From assembly GCF_964204645.1 (NCBI RefSeq), contig NC_134030.1, positions 14,508,110-14,572,109 on the forward strand: a stretch of DNA of 64,000 nt, written 5' to 3'. Both the position numbers and the translations under genes were made by a program. The stretch is from Tubulanus polymorphus. Taxonomy: Eukaryota; Animalia; Nemertea. Below the pieces are notes generated by a model. The model ran no database searches and was not told where the DNA came from. It was given only the letters and a program-made list of their open reading frames with translations. Positions 23,922-36,798 of the stretch are shown here, piece after piece (within the stretch, counting starts at the first letter, position 1; every line of letters begins with the position of its first letter).

Positions 23922-26900
23922 GAAGATGATATATTAGAAACTAAATTAGATGAATTAAAGAATGAAAAAGAAACATATAAATGTGACACATGTAATCAAT
24001 CATTCAGTGATAAAAGATATTATAAAGAACATTTAAAATCTTAAAGTCATATTAGAAATAAGAATAATGATATTTTAGGTGAAGATTATTTTGATAAAGA
24101 TAATGATAAGAAACAGAAGACAATTAAAAGCATAAAAAATAAATTAAACAATAAAAGACCATACATGGAAGATGTAAGAAAATATATTAATTCATTAGAT
24201 AATAAAAAAGATATAGAGATAACCGAAGCATTTAAAAGTGATATTGGTCCAGCAGCTATCGAGTTTAAATTTCATAAAGGAAAAACATTAGAAGAAAATA
24301 AAAAACATTTAGAAAATATGAAAGAAATAATAAAAATAATAACTGATGTTGAATATCCTAAAATAAGTATATCTTCTTAAGTTAAATTCATAAAATCTGA
24401 AGATAAACCAATATATAATATAAATTCTCATTCACAACATATTATATCTAAAAAACATATAGATGATAAATTAGATAAATGTTATAATGAAGTAAAAACT
24501 AAAATAGAAGAGAAATATTTTGAAGGATCTGGTTTAATATTTGATGAAATAATATTTATGACTTGACATGTTTATAACACAAAATATAATAAGTTAACTA
24601 AATCAAAACCAATTGATGAAAATAATTTATCATATTATAAAGATGATAGTATAAATGGAACAAGTTATATTAAACTACCATTTAAAACTAATGCTGTAAT
24701 AAATGTACAAAATGAAGATGATAAATGTTTTCTATGGGCTATAATAAGTTGTTTACATCCTGCAACTTATAACATTTGTAGATTAACTCATTATAAACCA
24801 TTTGAAAATAAGATAGATAAGTATCCTGTTATAATTAAAAACATCCCAAAAATAGAAAGAGATAATAATTTAAGAATAAATGTATTTGATTTAATCAAAT
24901 TACCAAATACAAAAGGTAACAACATAAAACATTATACATTAGAACCTTTATACCTATCACAAGATTATGATTCAAACGATGTTATAGATATACTATATTA
25001 TGAGAATCATTATATGTGGATTAAACAAATCGATTTATTTTTTAAATCAGAAAATGATCACCATAAAATATATCTTTGTAGAAAATGTTTACATAGATTT
25101 AGTAATGAAAGTACATTATTAAATCATAAACAATTATGTGAAAATCATGATTATTGTAAATTAGTTTTACCAAATGAAAAGGATAAAATATTAGAATTCA
25201 AGAAATATGATTACAAAAATAAAGTACCATTTGTTATATATGGAGATTTTGAATCATTAAATAAAGAACTAACTGATCAAGATAGAAAAGAAAAATATTA
25301 TAAAAGAAAGAAATTAAATTCTAATGAAAATGATTTTTCAGATGAACCACCAAAAACAAATACAATTAAAAAGATTCATCAATCAGCTGCCACTTTCGGG
25401 TTATATATTAAATCTGATTATCCAGAACTAATTAAAAGTGAATATTATGATTACAGAAATGAAAATGTTATCAATCATTTTTGTGACTTATTAATTGAAT
25501 ATGAAATAAGATTTAGTAAATTATTGAATACAAATATAGAAATTATAATGACAGAAGAAGATAAAGAAGCATTTGCGTTTGCAGGTAAATGTTATTATTG
25601 TGAAAAGATATTTAATTATAAAGATAAAAAAGTAAGAGACCATGATCATTTGAATGGAAAGTTTAGAGGCGCTGCACATGAGAATTGTAACTTACAAGCT
25701 AAGAAAATCAATTTTGTACCAGTTATATTTCATAATCTATCAGGATATGATGCACATTTATTCATCAAACAGTTATGCTATAAAATAGAAGAAATCAATA
25801 ATGAAATAGAAATATTAAATTCAAATAGATCAAAAGATAAAATACCAACTTATAAATTTAGAATGTTAGCTAAAACATCTGAGAATTATATATCATTCCA
25901 ATTTGGTTGCCTAAGATTTATAGATTCATATAGATTTTTAAATAGTTCATTAGATAACTTATCAAAATCATTAGTTGATGATGAATTGAAAATATTAAAG
26001 CAACACTACCCAAATAATGATGATTTTAAATTAATGAGATATAAAGGCGCAATTCCATATTCTTTCTATAAATCACATAATGATTTCAATATAACTGAAT
26101 TATTGAATGAACAATTCTATGATGAATTAAAAAATGAATATGTTAAAGATGAAGTCTATAATAGAACCTTCAATATTTGGAATCATTTCAAAATAGAAAA
26201 TCACGGGCAATTAGTAGATATATAATTAAAATCATATGTATTATTATTAACCGATATATTCGAAAGGTTTAGAGATGTAAACCTAAAATATTTTAACATT
26301 GATCCTTGCCATTGTTATTCATCACCAGGATTAACATGGGATTGTGGATTAAAATTTACAGATATAAAAATGGATTTGTTAACAAATATAGATCAATTAC
26401 TATTATTTGAAAAATCTATGAGAGGAGGAGTTTCAGGCGTATTGGGAGATAGATATTTCAATGTAAATGATAACCCCGGATATAAGTTATTATATATAGA
26501 TGCAAATAATTTGTTTGGTTGGGCAATGATGGAACCACAACCTTATGGAGTATTTGAAATAAGTAAAGTTTTACAGAATGAAAATAATGATAAATTTGAT
26601 TGGAAGAAAAGAATCCTAGATATTGCAGATGATTCAGATACTGGTTACTTCTTTGTTGTAGATTTAGAATATCCTGAACATGTTAAATTTAAATCTAGAA
26701 ATCTAGCATACTGTCCCGAACATAAAACTGTAACTCATGAAGAATTATCAAATTATCAAAAAAGAATTAAACCCGAAAATCATATTCATACAGAAAAGTT
26801 AATGGAATCGAAAAAGATTTCTTCAAGTTAATGAATAATGCATTCTATGGTAAGACTTGTGAAAATATTAGAAATAGAAATGACATTGAGTTAGTTAGTA

Positions 26901-27652
26901 ATGGTAAAAGGATACGGCATTTACAATCATATCCTAAGTTCATTGGTAACAGAATATTTGATGAAAATTTAGCCGCAGTTAAGATGAGAAGAACATCAAT
27001 GAAATTTAATAAACCAATCTATGTTGGCGCTTCAGTTTTAGAATTATCAAAATTACTAATGTATGAATTCTATTATAATGTATTACAACCACTTTTTGGA
27101 GAAAAACATATAGAAATCTTATATTTTGATACCGATTCTTACATATTAAAGATAAAAACTGATAACATAACTGATGATTTAAAAACATTAAAACATCATT
27201 TTGATTTTAGTAATTATCCTAAAGATCATGAATTGTTTAGCAATGATAATAAAAAAGTTCCCGGTAAATTCAAAGATGAATTAGGTGGTGAAGAAATGAT
27301 TGAATTCATTGGTATTAGATCTAAAATGTATTCATATAAAACTAAAGAACATGAAGCTAAAAAGTTAAAAGGAATAACCAAAAGTGTAGTAGAAAAGAAT
27401 ATTCATTTCAAAGATTACATAAATTGTATATTCAATGAAGAAGTTAGAAAACATAAGATGAGATGTATAAGATCTGAAGATCATGAAATATTTATTGAAG
27501 AAATTGAAAAGATAAGTCTAAACCCGTTTGATGATAAAAGATATATTTTAGAGGATGGAATTCATACAGTTGCTTACAGTTGCTTTAATAAAAATATGTT
27601 ATTAAAATGGAGAGTAAACAAGCAAACAGTGAGAACAACAAATTATTTCTAG
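23808..27652 (+). pseudogene. pPolB: Protein-primed family B DNA polymerase, disrupted
   Basis: YGDFES, FHNLSGYDAH, YIDANNLFGWAM, MNNAFYGKT, YFDTDS; endonuclease-VII-like RDHDHLNGKFRGAAH; several stops and a deletion near 26805. Confidence 0.96.
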
Positions 27653-27960
27653 ATAGAATTAAAGATATCACAAATGTAAAATCTGTAGATTATAAATTCA
27701 AAAAGTTAACAGAATTAACAATCCATAAGAAATATCTAATTACAAATATTGATACAGTTACTAATAACTATGGAGATAAATTAGTTATACACTTAGAATA
27801 TGAAGGATTAAAAGAAAATACATATAAATTCAGAACATATTTACCGGATAGATTTCATAGATTATCAAGTGAAGATTTAGAAGAATTATGTTCTGGAGAT
27901 TTCTATTTCGTATACAAAGGTAAGAATGAAAAAGGGCACCATGAAATAGATTTCGAATGA
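27607..27960 (+). CDS. 117-aa conserved Polinton protein, possibly OB-fold ssDNA-binding
   Basis: Near identical to 50573-50926; KL.EL...Y.I...YG...YLP.RF pattern; fold is a guess. Confidence 0.6.
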   Translation: MESKQANSENNKLFLDRIKDITNVKSVDYKFKKLTELTIHKKYLITNIDTVTNNYGDKLVIHLEYEGLKENTYKFRTYLPDRFHRLSSEDLEELCSGDFYFVYKGKNEKGHHEIDFE

Positions 27961-27977
27961 GAAAATATGTAAAATAA

Positions 27978-28736
27978 ATGGTGGAATTAAAAGAATACAG
28001 AATATTTGTTGCTTCAAGAAAACTTACAAATTATAAATCTCATTATTTACTAGTACAATTAGATAGAGAATTTAAGAATTGTGTTGATTTAAAATTAGTT
28101 AATATAAGTTTATGTAATTCTTTTCATAATATATCGAATAAAAGTCTTGATCATTTAGCTTTTAAAATTTATGATATAAATTTGAATAAATGGTTTCATC
28201 TTTATCTAAAACCAGGATTATATAATTTAGAAACATTAGCGCAAGAAATTAATAAAAGAGCTCGTTTAAAAATGGGCTCAGCAGCTGCTCGATTTGAAAT
28301 CAAATTTATCAAAAATGATAGTTCGAATAAAATAAGAATAAAGTTAACTAATGAACAACATAGATTTCTAGTAAGAAAACCTTTAGCTAAACTGTTTGGA
28401 ATTCTCCCGGATAGACATTATTCAAATATTGATACTTATACAAATATAATACCTTTTACACACTTTTATATTTATTGCAATTTAATCGAGCCTACAAAAA
28501 CTTTCGAAGCAACTAAAGATACAATTTGTAATTCTAGTATATTAAATATTTTACCGCTGAAAAATGTTAAACAATTTGGAACGCAAATAAATTATAATTT
28601 AGCTGAATGTGATTTCAAACCATGCATTCCTAAATTCAATAATTTTAAATTAGAAATAAGAAATCATAATGGATATTTAATTGATTTGAATAACTTTCCT
28701 GTTATTTATGAATTAGTTATTAGATGTAGAGAGTAA
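27978..28736 (+). CDS. Minor capsid (penton) protein
   Basis: ~250 aa, C-terminal YIYCNLI..ILNILP..FKLEIRNHNG.LIDLNN.PV.YEL typical of Polinton mCP. Confidence 0.8.
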   Translation: MVELKEYRIFVASRKLTNYKSHYLLVQLDREFKNCVDLKLVNISLCNSFHNISNKSLDHLAFKIYDINLNKWFHLYLKPGLYNLETLAQEINKRARLKMGSAAARFEIKFIKNDSSNKIRIKLTNEQHRFLVRKPLAKLFGILPDRHYSNIDTYTNIIPFTHFYIYCNLIEPTKTFEATKDTICNSSILNILPLKNVKQFGTQINYNLAECDFKPCIPKFNNFKLEIRNHNGYLIDLNNFPVIYELVIRCRE

Positions 28737-28752
28737 TTTTTTCATTATATAA

Positions 28753-29109
28753 ATGAATATAACTGTTGGGCCGAGTATATGTTTTGGGTTTGATTTTAAA
28801 CGTGAGAAAGAAATGAAATTTAACATTAATGATGTAATTACACATATTAAAAATATTGCATTTTCTAATGAAACAACACTTGAGTAAGAAACATCAATAG
28901 ATAAAGAAACTTTAAATGTAGAAAAGATTACTAATTTAATTAGAGAATCTTTAAGATTTTATGAATTAGATGAAGATTTTATCATCGATGATATTAAAAA
29001 AATAATAATTGAAATATATTCAAATGAAACTAGTAATGAAATAAATGTTGAATTAATCGTAAATAAGATAACTAAATATTTTAAAGATAGTAATTATTTT
29101 GATAAATAA
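28753..29109 (+). pseudogene. Hypothetical Polinton gene with an internal stop
   Basis: T6-N7-TAAATG start; homologous remnant at 51715-51991. Confidence 0.55.
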
Positions 29110-29331
29110 ATGAGTGATAATAAGTGGATAATAACTGGATTATATAATGGAGCATTACTATCAGTTGGAACTGTTGGTTATTCAATGGTATTAAAAAAAG
29201 TATTTAAAATGGGAAGTGTTAATGTTGATAGATTTGATATAAATGATATTTTAAAATTAACATTAGCAGTTACTTTATCTAATTTAACAATTGATTATTT
29301 GGAAAAACAAAAATATATTCCTCCCATATAA
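29110..29331 (+). CDS. 73-aa hydrophobic protein
   Basis: Two hydrophobic segments; conserved in 51992-52213. Confidence 0.8.
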   Translation: MSDNKWIITGLYNGALLSVGTVGYSMVLKKVFKMGSVNVDRFDINDILKLTLAVTLSNLTIDYLEKQKYIPPI

Positions 29332-29356
29332 ATGCATAATTTTTTTTGCTAAATAA

Positions 29357-29779
29357 ATGGCTTCTGCAATTATAACTATTATAGGATCGGCAATTGTTAA
29401 CGCTTTGGCATTTACTGGTGGTGGATATTTATTCAAGCATATTGATAAAAATAGTTCATTAGGAGAACAAAGAAGACATAATTTAGCATTAGAGAAATAT
29501 AATAAAGCAGCAGAAGAATATAGAGAAAAGAGGCAAAACTATATGGATTATATTAACAAAGAATTATATGATCAGAAGATTTCACATAGAGATTTTCAAT
29601 CAGTTGATGATGCAATGAGTTTATATAACGCGGTAACAAATAAAGAAAAATTACATCTATACAAACCTAAATTATCAGATTATTATACCCCAAGTAAAGA
29701 ACAACAGAAATATGAAATAATTTGGATTTTAGGTGGAACAGTTATTGTTATATTTGTTGCTTATAAGTTTACTAATTAG
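29357..29779 (+). CDS. 140-aa protein with N- and C-terminal hydrophobic helices
   Basis: IITIIGSAIVNALAFTGG; IIWILGGTVIVIFVAY; homolog at 52238-52659. Confidence 0.8.
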   Translation: MASAIITIIGSAIVNALAFTGGGYLFKHIDKNSSLGEQRRHNLALEKYNKAAEEYREKRQNYMDYINKELYDQKISHRDFQSVDDAMSLYNAVTNKEKLHLYKPKLSDYYTPSKEQQKYEIIWILGGTVIVIFVAYKFTN

Positions 29780-29801
29780 TTATTTTTTTTATGCTAAATG
29801 A

Positions 29802-30236
29802 ATGGATGATAAAGTTGATAATATTGATATTATTCCTCATGATATAAATAAAACTAAATTAAAAACATATTTAGAAAAACAAATATTAGAATTTGAAAGT
29901 GACTTAAAGATAAAAAAGAAAAAATATTTAAAAAGTAAAATTATATATTATTTGATTATAAGTGGTTCGGTTACAATTAGTTCTGTAATAACATTTTTAG
30001 CAATATTCAGTCCATTAACACCTTTAGCTATATCAATTGGTGTATTAGGATTAAGTTCAAGTGTTTTAAGCGGTATAAGTTCAAAATTAAATATAAAAAG
30101 TAATAAAGAAAAAATTAAAACTAATATAAAAGAAATTAATAAATTAAAGAATACACTAGATTATATAATAAGTTTAAATGGCCATATAACACTTGAAGAA
30201 CAAGATAAATTATTAAAAGAATTAATAAATTATTAA
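29802..30236 (+). CDS. 144-aa two-TM coiled-coil protein
   Basis: Central double hydrophobic segment; homolog at 52681-53115. Confidence 0.8.
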   Translation: MDDKVDNIDIIPHDINKTKLKTYLEKQILEFESDLKIKKKKYLKSKIIYYLIISGSVTISSVITFLAIFSPLTPLAISIGVLGLSSSVLSGISSKLNIKSNKEKIKTNIKEINKLKNTLDYIISLNGHITLEEQDKLLKELINY

Positions 30237-30252
30237 TTTTTTAATTAAATAA

Positions 30253-31627
30253 ATGGTAGATAGTTTTCCAAAAGCTTTCCAATATAATAAATCAATTAAA
30301 TATAGATTTTAATAAAGATATTACATATAGAGAGGAAGTTTTAGATTCATTAACTAATTTAGAAATTTATGTTACTGAAACTAATAATTTTAATGCAAAG
30401 ATGGAAAATATATTTCATGTATATTTAATTAATTTAAAAAAATTGAAAGATGAAAAACAATGGTTATTAAAATCTAATATGAAGTATTGGCAGAACCAAT
30501 TAAATTTTGCTGTTTATTGTGCAACAACAGGATGTGGAATAAGTTGGAATGATCATTTGAATAATTCTAAATATAAATTAATTCAAAGTTTATTTAGATT
30601 TCATACATACTTTCAAATAAGAATAATATTAAATGAATTAGAGTGCGCTTTACCAGGATCTAGGTATTTTAAAGAATTAGATAATAATATTAATTTATCA
30701 AAGTTTTATAAAATTTGTAATGAATTTAATATAGATATAAATAATTCTGATTTTAGAACAAAAATTGGAACAATAAGATCACTTCCTTGCCCTAAAAAGA
30801 TTGCAGAATATTGTGCACTTCCCATACCATCTAATAGTTTGTATAATATCTGTAGTCATAAATTAGGTTATGGTAAAATAGAAACTAAGGATTTAGAACC
30901 ATTAAATTTTAATAAATTACCGACATTTTATGATAATTTAAAACAAGAAAACAATAATGGTTGGGTTTATTTCATTTTAGAAAATAATGAAGGTTTTACA
31001 AAATCAGGTATACAAAGAATAAATCAATCTATTAGAACTTATTTGATATGTATTTTAGGTGCACAAGTTGAAACTAGATCACCAATAATTGGAAATTTGA
31101 ATACATCATTCGATACACAAAAACAATTCAAAGTATTATTTGATGATTCCATACATAATGATAAAAATAGATCGATTCCAGAAAACATTATAAGATATCA
31201 AAATTATTTAGATAAATCACATGTAAGACTAAATTATTGTATAGGCCCTAATCTATTAATTATTTCTAATGATTTAGTATTATAGATGGGAAATATAATT
31301 GGTTATAATAATCTAATTAAAACTGCAACAATAAATTATTCATTTGGATTGAATGATATAAATAAAAAGATTATTAATGCTCCAAAATTAATGAAAGGTG
31401 AAAAAAATAAAAAACATATTCAATCAACAGAAACTAAAACTAAAAATATTAAATTAAATAATGATTCTAAAATAAAAGATTATAATACATCAGAAGATAT
31501 AAAAACTGATATTATTCAACATGATATAATTAAACTAAATGATGATAATAAATCCCATGAAACTACTAAATTAGCTTTAACTTGTATAGGAATTGTAATC
31601 GGAGGAATATTATATTTTAAATTTTAA
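30253..31627 (+). pseudogene. Polinton protein (WQNQLNFAVYCATTGCGIS motif) with a C-terminal TM anchor, disrupted
   Basis: ORF pieces 30401-31285 and 31286-31627 are continuous in the homolog at 53374-54324. Confidence 0.75.
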
Positions 31628-31642
31628 TTTTTTATTATGTAA

Positions 31643-32595
31643 ATGGCAGAAGGTGGAGAAGATCCATTGGATGACATGGGAAATAATAATGAAGGATATG
31701 TTGAAAATGATTATAATGATGCAGGTGCTAATCTTAATGAAACTAATATTGATAATGATGATGAATCAGCATATAATTCTAATTTAGCAGATAGTGGTTC
31801 TAAAGTCCCATCAACAGATGAATTTGATAGAAGAAATAGATCGAGAATACCTCCTGAAAATGTAATTCCAGGTTTATCAAAGAAAGATATAGAAAATAAT
31901 GAATTTATATATAAGTTTCAAGATGTATTTGAAAAATCTGGATATAATATAAATTACAGAGGTGCAATGAAGAATTAAAACAATTAGAATTAAATAGAGA
32001 TCTTCAATTAATCGAGGAAAATGATTATGAAAGCAGAAAGTTAGCTTTAGAAAAAGAAATAGATGATTTAAAATATAACAAAGAATTACAGGAAAAAGAA
32101 AGAGATACATTATTAAAATCATATGATCTTAATCATATTAAAAAATTAAAAGTTATTTTTAAAGATTTGTTGATAAAACCAGATTCTAAAATATCATTGA
32201 AAGATAGAATAAAATTATTATTTAAGTTTGAAGGAATAACAATTCTTTCAATTCTAACAGCTGTAACTATGTAATTTACAACAATTGGTTTAGCAATATC
32301 AAATGCTTTAAAATCTACTCCTACTCCCAATAAACCAGATAAACCCCCAGGTAATAATTCTATACAAGATAAAGTTAAAGATGGTTTAAAGAAATTAGCA
32401 AAATATTTATGGGAACTATCTAAAAAATCTGCTGCAGCATTACCAGGAATTATTGCATCAATTGTTGGTTTTATATTGAAATCTGCTGGGAATATTCTTA
32501 ACTTTGCTGCTGAACATATTATTTCATTTTTAATTACAGTTGTAAGTGCTATCATTTTTGGATTAGTAAACATGATATCAAAAAATATCAAGTAA
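31643..32595 (+). pseudogene. Acidic-N-terminus membrane protein, disrupted
   Basis: MAEGGED start; downstream frame has stops but keeps hydrophobic AAAALPGIIASIVGFIL-type segments. Confidence 0.6.
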
Positions 32596-32661
32596 ACATG
32601 ATATCAAAAAATATCAAGTAACCATGATAAAAAATAAATAATTAATTTTTTTGTTAAATAA

Positions 32662-33902
32662 ATGAGTGGGAGTTATATCAATCCTTCTAAGAATCATAGA
32701 ATATCTAATGCTATTAAAGCAGAAAGATCACATCGTATAATTACTCATAACCCTTCAAATATTAATCCCGATGAAACTTTATACGTTAGAATTCCTAGAT
32801 TAACACAAAATACTTTTTATGTTCCAAATAGTATTTATTTATCAGCCGATATAAAAGTAATCGGTAATAATAATAATTATGTTGTTGATAATGTTGGAAG
32901 ATATTTGATTAAAAAGTTAACAATAAAGATTGGTCCAGAAACAGTTTTCTCATTAGATGATTATAATTTATTTATGCATTATAAAGATTTATGGTTAACT
33001 AAAGAAATAATATGATATTTCAAGGCATCCAATCAGAAAACCAAAATAAATTAAGATCACAAGCTAATAGCGCAATATTAACTAATGCTGTAGATAAATT
33101 GATAAAAAGTATATATGGAAGCAAATATAAAATTCCATTAGATTTTGAATTGATAAATAATAATGCACCTTTATATAAATACGCAATTCAAGAAGACGTT
33201 ATATTCGAAATAACATTTGCTCCTGTAAATGAAATTGTATTATCTAGCGTTGTTAAAGATATGGGTTATAAATTATCGAATATATGTTTAGAATATGATA
33301 CAGTAACTGATGAAAATATTTCAAGTATAATTCAAACTCAATACAATCAAGGATTTTCATTATTATATGATTATATTGATAAATTTAAAACTGTAACTAT
33401 TAATGCAAATGATGAAATAATTAATGAGAATATTAACTTCCCAAGAAGATCTATTAAAGGTACATTAATATTTTTTACCATTGCAACATATACTAATGGC
33501 GCAATAAATGTTGATAATTATTATAATCCTGAAATAACAAAAGTAGAAATAACTATCGAAGGAATAGCAAATAAAATATTTTGTCAAGGAATGAGAATGA
33601 TAGATCAATGGCCAGAAATTAGAAAACATTTTATGAATGAAAAAGTAAAATCATCTGGAAATTGTAACATTAATCAAATTGATTATTATACCGGCAATAA
33701 ATATGCATTATGGTTAGATTTTAGAACAACAGAGGATAATTCATTACATGGTTCTGGAAAAAAATTACAAAACACTAAAGATGGAATACAATTATTCATG
33801 ACAAAGAATAAAGGAATCAAAAATTTTAAAATGCACATTTATGTTATATCTGACGCGCAATTAAATATTGTAAATTCACAATTAGATAGTGTTATGTTTT
33901 AA
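32662..33902 (+). pseudogene. Major capsid protein (double jelly-roll type), one frameshift near 33012
   Basis: ~410 aa combined; ITHNPSNINP.ETLYVRIP, NICLEYD, KYALWLDFRT..LHGSG, YVISDAQLNI. Confidence 0.85.
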
Positions 33903-33934
33903 AATTTTAACTTTAATAAAAATATATATAATAA

Positions 33935-35047
33935 ATGGAAGGTGGAATATATGAAATACAAACTCCAAGTGAAATGATATCAGATATATATTATATATTA
34001 CCTTATGATGAATACATTAAGTATTTTGGAGATTACTTTAATCAATTCAAATATAGAATAAGTAAAATAGAAAATAATATTGAAACTAAAATAGAAGATA
34101 AGAATGATATTGAATATAAAATAGAAGATAGTAATAATATTGAGACTAAAATAGAAGATGTAACAGCATCTACATCTTATAATATACCCTCTACATATGA
34201 TATTGAATCAAAAAAAGAATATTATAATCCAAAATATTGTGATGTATGTAAGAAATATATATCATATAAAAATTGGGCATCACATAAGAAATCAAAGAAA
34301 CATATAGAAAAAGAAAAGAACAATAATGATAATAATATATCAGTTAGTAATATAAAAGATAATGTTAACCCATTTGAAACTAATGATACCATAGATAATA
34401 TAACAGATCATGTAATAAATAATGTTAATCCAATTGAAACTAATGATAATGATATAACAGATAATGAAATAATTGATGATTCTAAACAACATTGTAACAT
34501 TTGTAATTTAGATATTTCTAAAAGTAATTTTTCTAAACATAAAAAATCTAAGGGGCACATAGAAAATGAAAAAGAATTAATATGTGATTATTGTAATAAA
34601 GAAATTGAACCTGTTGATAAAATTACTCATTATGAATCAAAATTACATCTAATTAATGTTTATAAAAAAGTGGGTATGTTACCATTGTTAGATGAACCAA
34701 AGAAATATATCAAATATTTTAATCCTGAAACTAAACAATATTATATATTCTTTAAGTTGTTATTTGATAAGTTATTAGCTTATGCAGAAGATAATCCTGA
34801 CCAAATATATAAATTAGCGTATAATGGATACCTAGATTTATTTTATTTAATAAATGATTTTGAATTTGATTTTGATGGTGATAATTCTAATGATTACTTT
34901 GAAAAATTAAGAATAAAAGCTGGATTAAGTGATGATGAATGTAGAATGAAGGATGAAATAGAATTAATAAATATGCCAAATACTTCTGATGAATTTGATA
35001 TAAACGAAGATGATTTTATAAATGTATTAGAAACAAAATTAGAATAA
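33935..35047 (+). CDS. 370-aa protein with three C2H2/U1-type zinc fingers
   Basis: CDVC..HKKSKKH, CNIC..HKKSKGH, CDYC..HYESKLH. Confidence 0.8.
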   Translation: MEGGIYEIQTPSEMISDIYYILPYDEYIKYFGDYFNQFKYRISKIENNIETKIEDKNDIEYKIEDSNNIETKIEDVTASTSYNIPSTYDIESKKEYYNPKYCDVCKKYISYKNWASHKKSKKHIEKEKNNNDNNISVSNIKDNVNPFETNDTIDNITDHVINNVNPIETNDNDITDNEIIDDSKQHCNICNLDISKSNFSKHKKSKGHIENEKELICDYCNKEIEPVDKITHYESKLHLINVYKKVGMLPLLDEPKKYIKYFNPETKQYYIFFKLLFDKLLAYAEDNPDQIYKLAYNGYLDLFYLINDFEFDFDGDNSNDYFEKLRIKAGLSDDECRMKDEIELINMPNTSDEFDINEDDFINVLETKLE

Positions 35048-35083
35048 TTATTATAAAACTATTTATATATCTATAAAACTATT

Positions 35084-35420
35084 TATATATCTATGCACTA
35101 GACGTATGAAAAGAAAGTAAGAATCCAAGAATCCTTGCCAAGAAATATAAAATATAAACATAAATTATAAACATAGATTATAAACATAAATTATAAACAT
35201 AAATTATAAATATAAATTATAAACATAAATTATAAATATAAATTATAAACATAAATTATAAACATAGTTTTAATATATGATTTATTCATTATTATATATT
35301 TCATTTGATAATTCATATTTCTATGGACTAGACGTACGTAAGAATCCAAGATTCTTGCCAAGAAAGTAAAAAGGTAAGAATCTTACTTTCTTACTCGTAC
35401 GTCTAGTACATAGATATATA
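35084..35420. repeat. Inverted-repeat cassette with 13-bp ATAAATTATAAAY tandem repeats between convergent gene blocks
   Basis: TATATCTATG.ACTAGACGTA / TACGTCTAGT.CATAGATATA; about 8 tandem units at 35150-35265. Confidence 0.75.
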
Positions 35421-35452
35421 AATTAGTTTCTATAATATTACAAATTAGGATT

Positions 35453-35944
35453 TTATTTTATGAATTTATATTCATAGGGAAATTGTAGTCTCAGTAATAA
35501 TTATGAACCTTTATTTTTCTTTAATTTATTCATATATTCATCATGTAATTCAGTAGGTATAATTTGATTTTCTTCCAATGATTGTTGCATAGATTTTTTA
35601 TCTTTGTTATAAAATAAAACTAGAAATCTTATATTCTCCCTAAAGTCTTTAACAATTGAATTATATTTTTGATTTAAAACCCATGTTGTTATCCCAAAAT
35701 GTCTCCCAGAGAAAGCTAGATAACATAACTCACTTTCTCTAACTTTTGAATCATGTAAATTAGCGCAATCATCTATAATGAATAATGTATTTGATCCTTT
35801 ATAAGTATCGATTCCTATTTTAATACAATTATCTAAATTTTCTTTTACTGTTTTAGGATCTAATATAATAAACTTTTTCATCTTAACTATATCTCTATTA
35901 TATGTTTTTTTCATTTCATAAGTAGGACAGAATAACATTAACAT
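35453..35944 (-). pseudogene. A32-like packaging ATPase, N-terminus (Walker A) deleted
   Basis: LFIIDD (Walker B), SGRH, VLNQ; homolog 44402-45009 keeps GVTNCGKT. Confidence 0.88.
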
Positions 35945-36792
35945 TTAATGTTGAATATTTCTTCTGTAAAATTTGGGGTATAACCTTTATAAAAGGTTTT
36001 TCTATATTTAGATATTGTTACGTGTTGTCCAATTTTGAATCTAGGTTCACCGAAATCATGTGTAACAAATGCTCCATATAAATTATTCCAAACTATTTCC
36101 GAATTATCTTCTTTTCTAGCTTGTATAGGTTTCATATTCATAGAACTATGTTTAGAATTATTATAACCTTTCACTAAATCATCGAACACATCGATATATT
36201 TATATGTTTCATTAGCAGTAAAGTATTTCCACATTCTTGTTTTCAATGTTTTATTAAATCTTTCTATAATAGATGCTTATTTATCTGAATGTGTTGAAAA
36301 ATAATCTACATCGTTATCAGATAATAGTTTTTTAAAATGTTTGTTATAAAATTCCTTACCTTCATCAAATTGTATCTTATCTTGAATAGCTTCTTTAAAT
36401 ATAGATTTAAAAGCATTTGTTACTTCTATACCAGTTCTATTTTTGATTGGAATTGACCATGCGTATCTACTGAATATGTCTATAACATTCAGTATCCAGA
36501 AATATCCTTTGTTGTATTCCTCTAAGTTCTTCATATCAATTAAATCTGCTTGCCATTGTTGATCGATATATGAAACCATAACTTTTCTTGTTACATAAGT
36601 TTTATCCATTTTCTTGTGGATTTGATATGTTGGTTGATTTTGTAACCATGATTTTAATTCACTATATTTTATATCACCATTACCATTTTCCTTATCAGAT
36701 TTAATTTTATTCCATAATTCTGAAACGTTAGAATATGATAATTCACTTTCTGGGTTATAATATAAATCTCTTAAATATTGTTCTTTTTTCAT
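35938..36792 (-). pseudogene. Retroviral-like (rve) DDE integrase, frameshifted, chromodomain deleted
   Basis: WQADLID, VIDIFSRYAW, QFDEGKEF, IERFNKTLK. Confidence 0.93.
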
Positions 36793-36798
36793 TCTATT

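Noticed and set aside
31877-32591. Minus-strand ORFs of 81 and 152 aa (likewise 27006, 36863, 39165, 45509, 49888)
   Set aside because: Antisense to Polinton genes and lacking the TAAATG start motif
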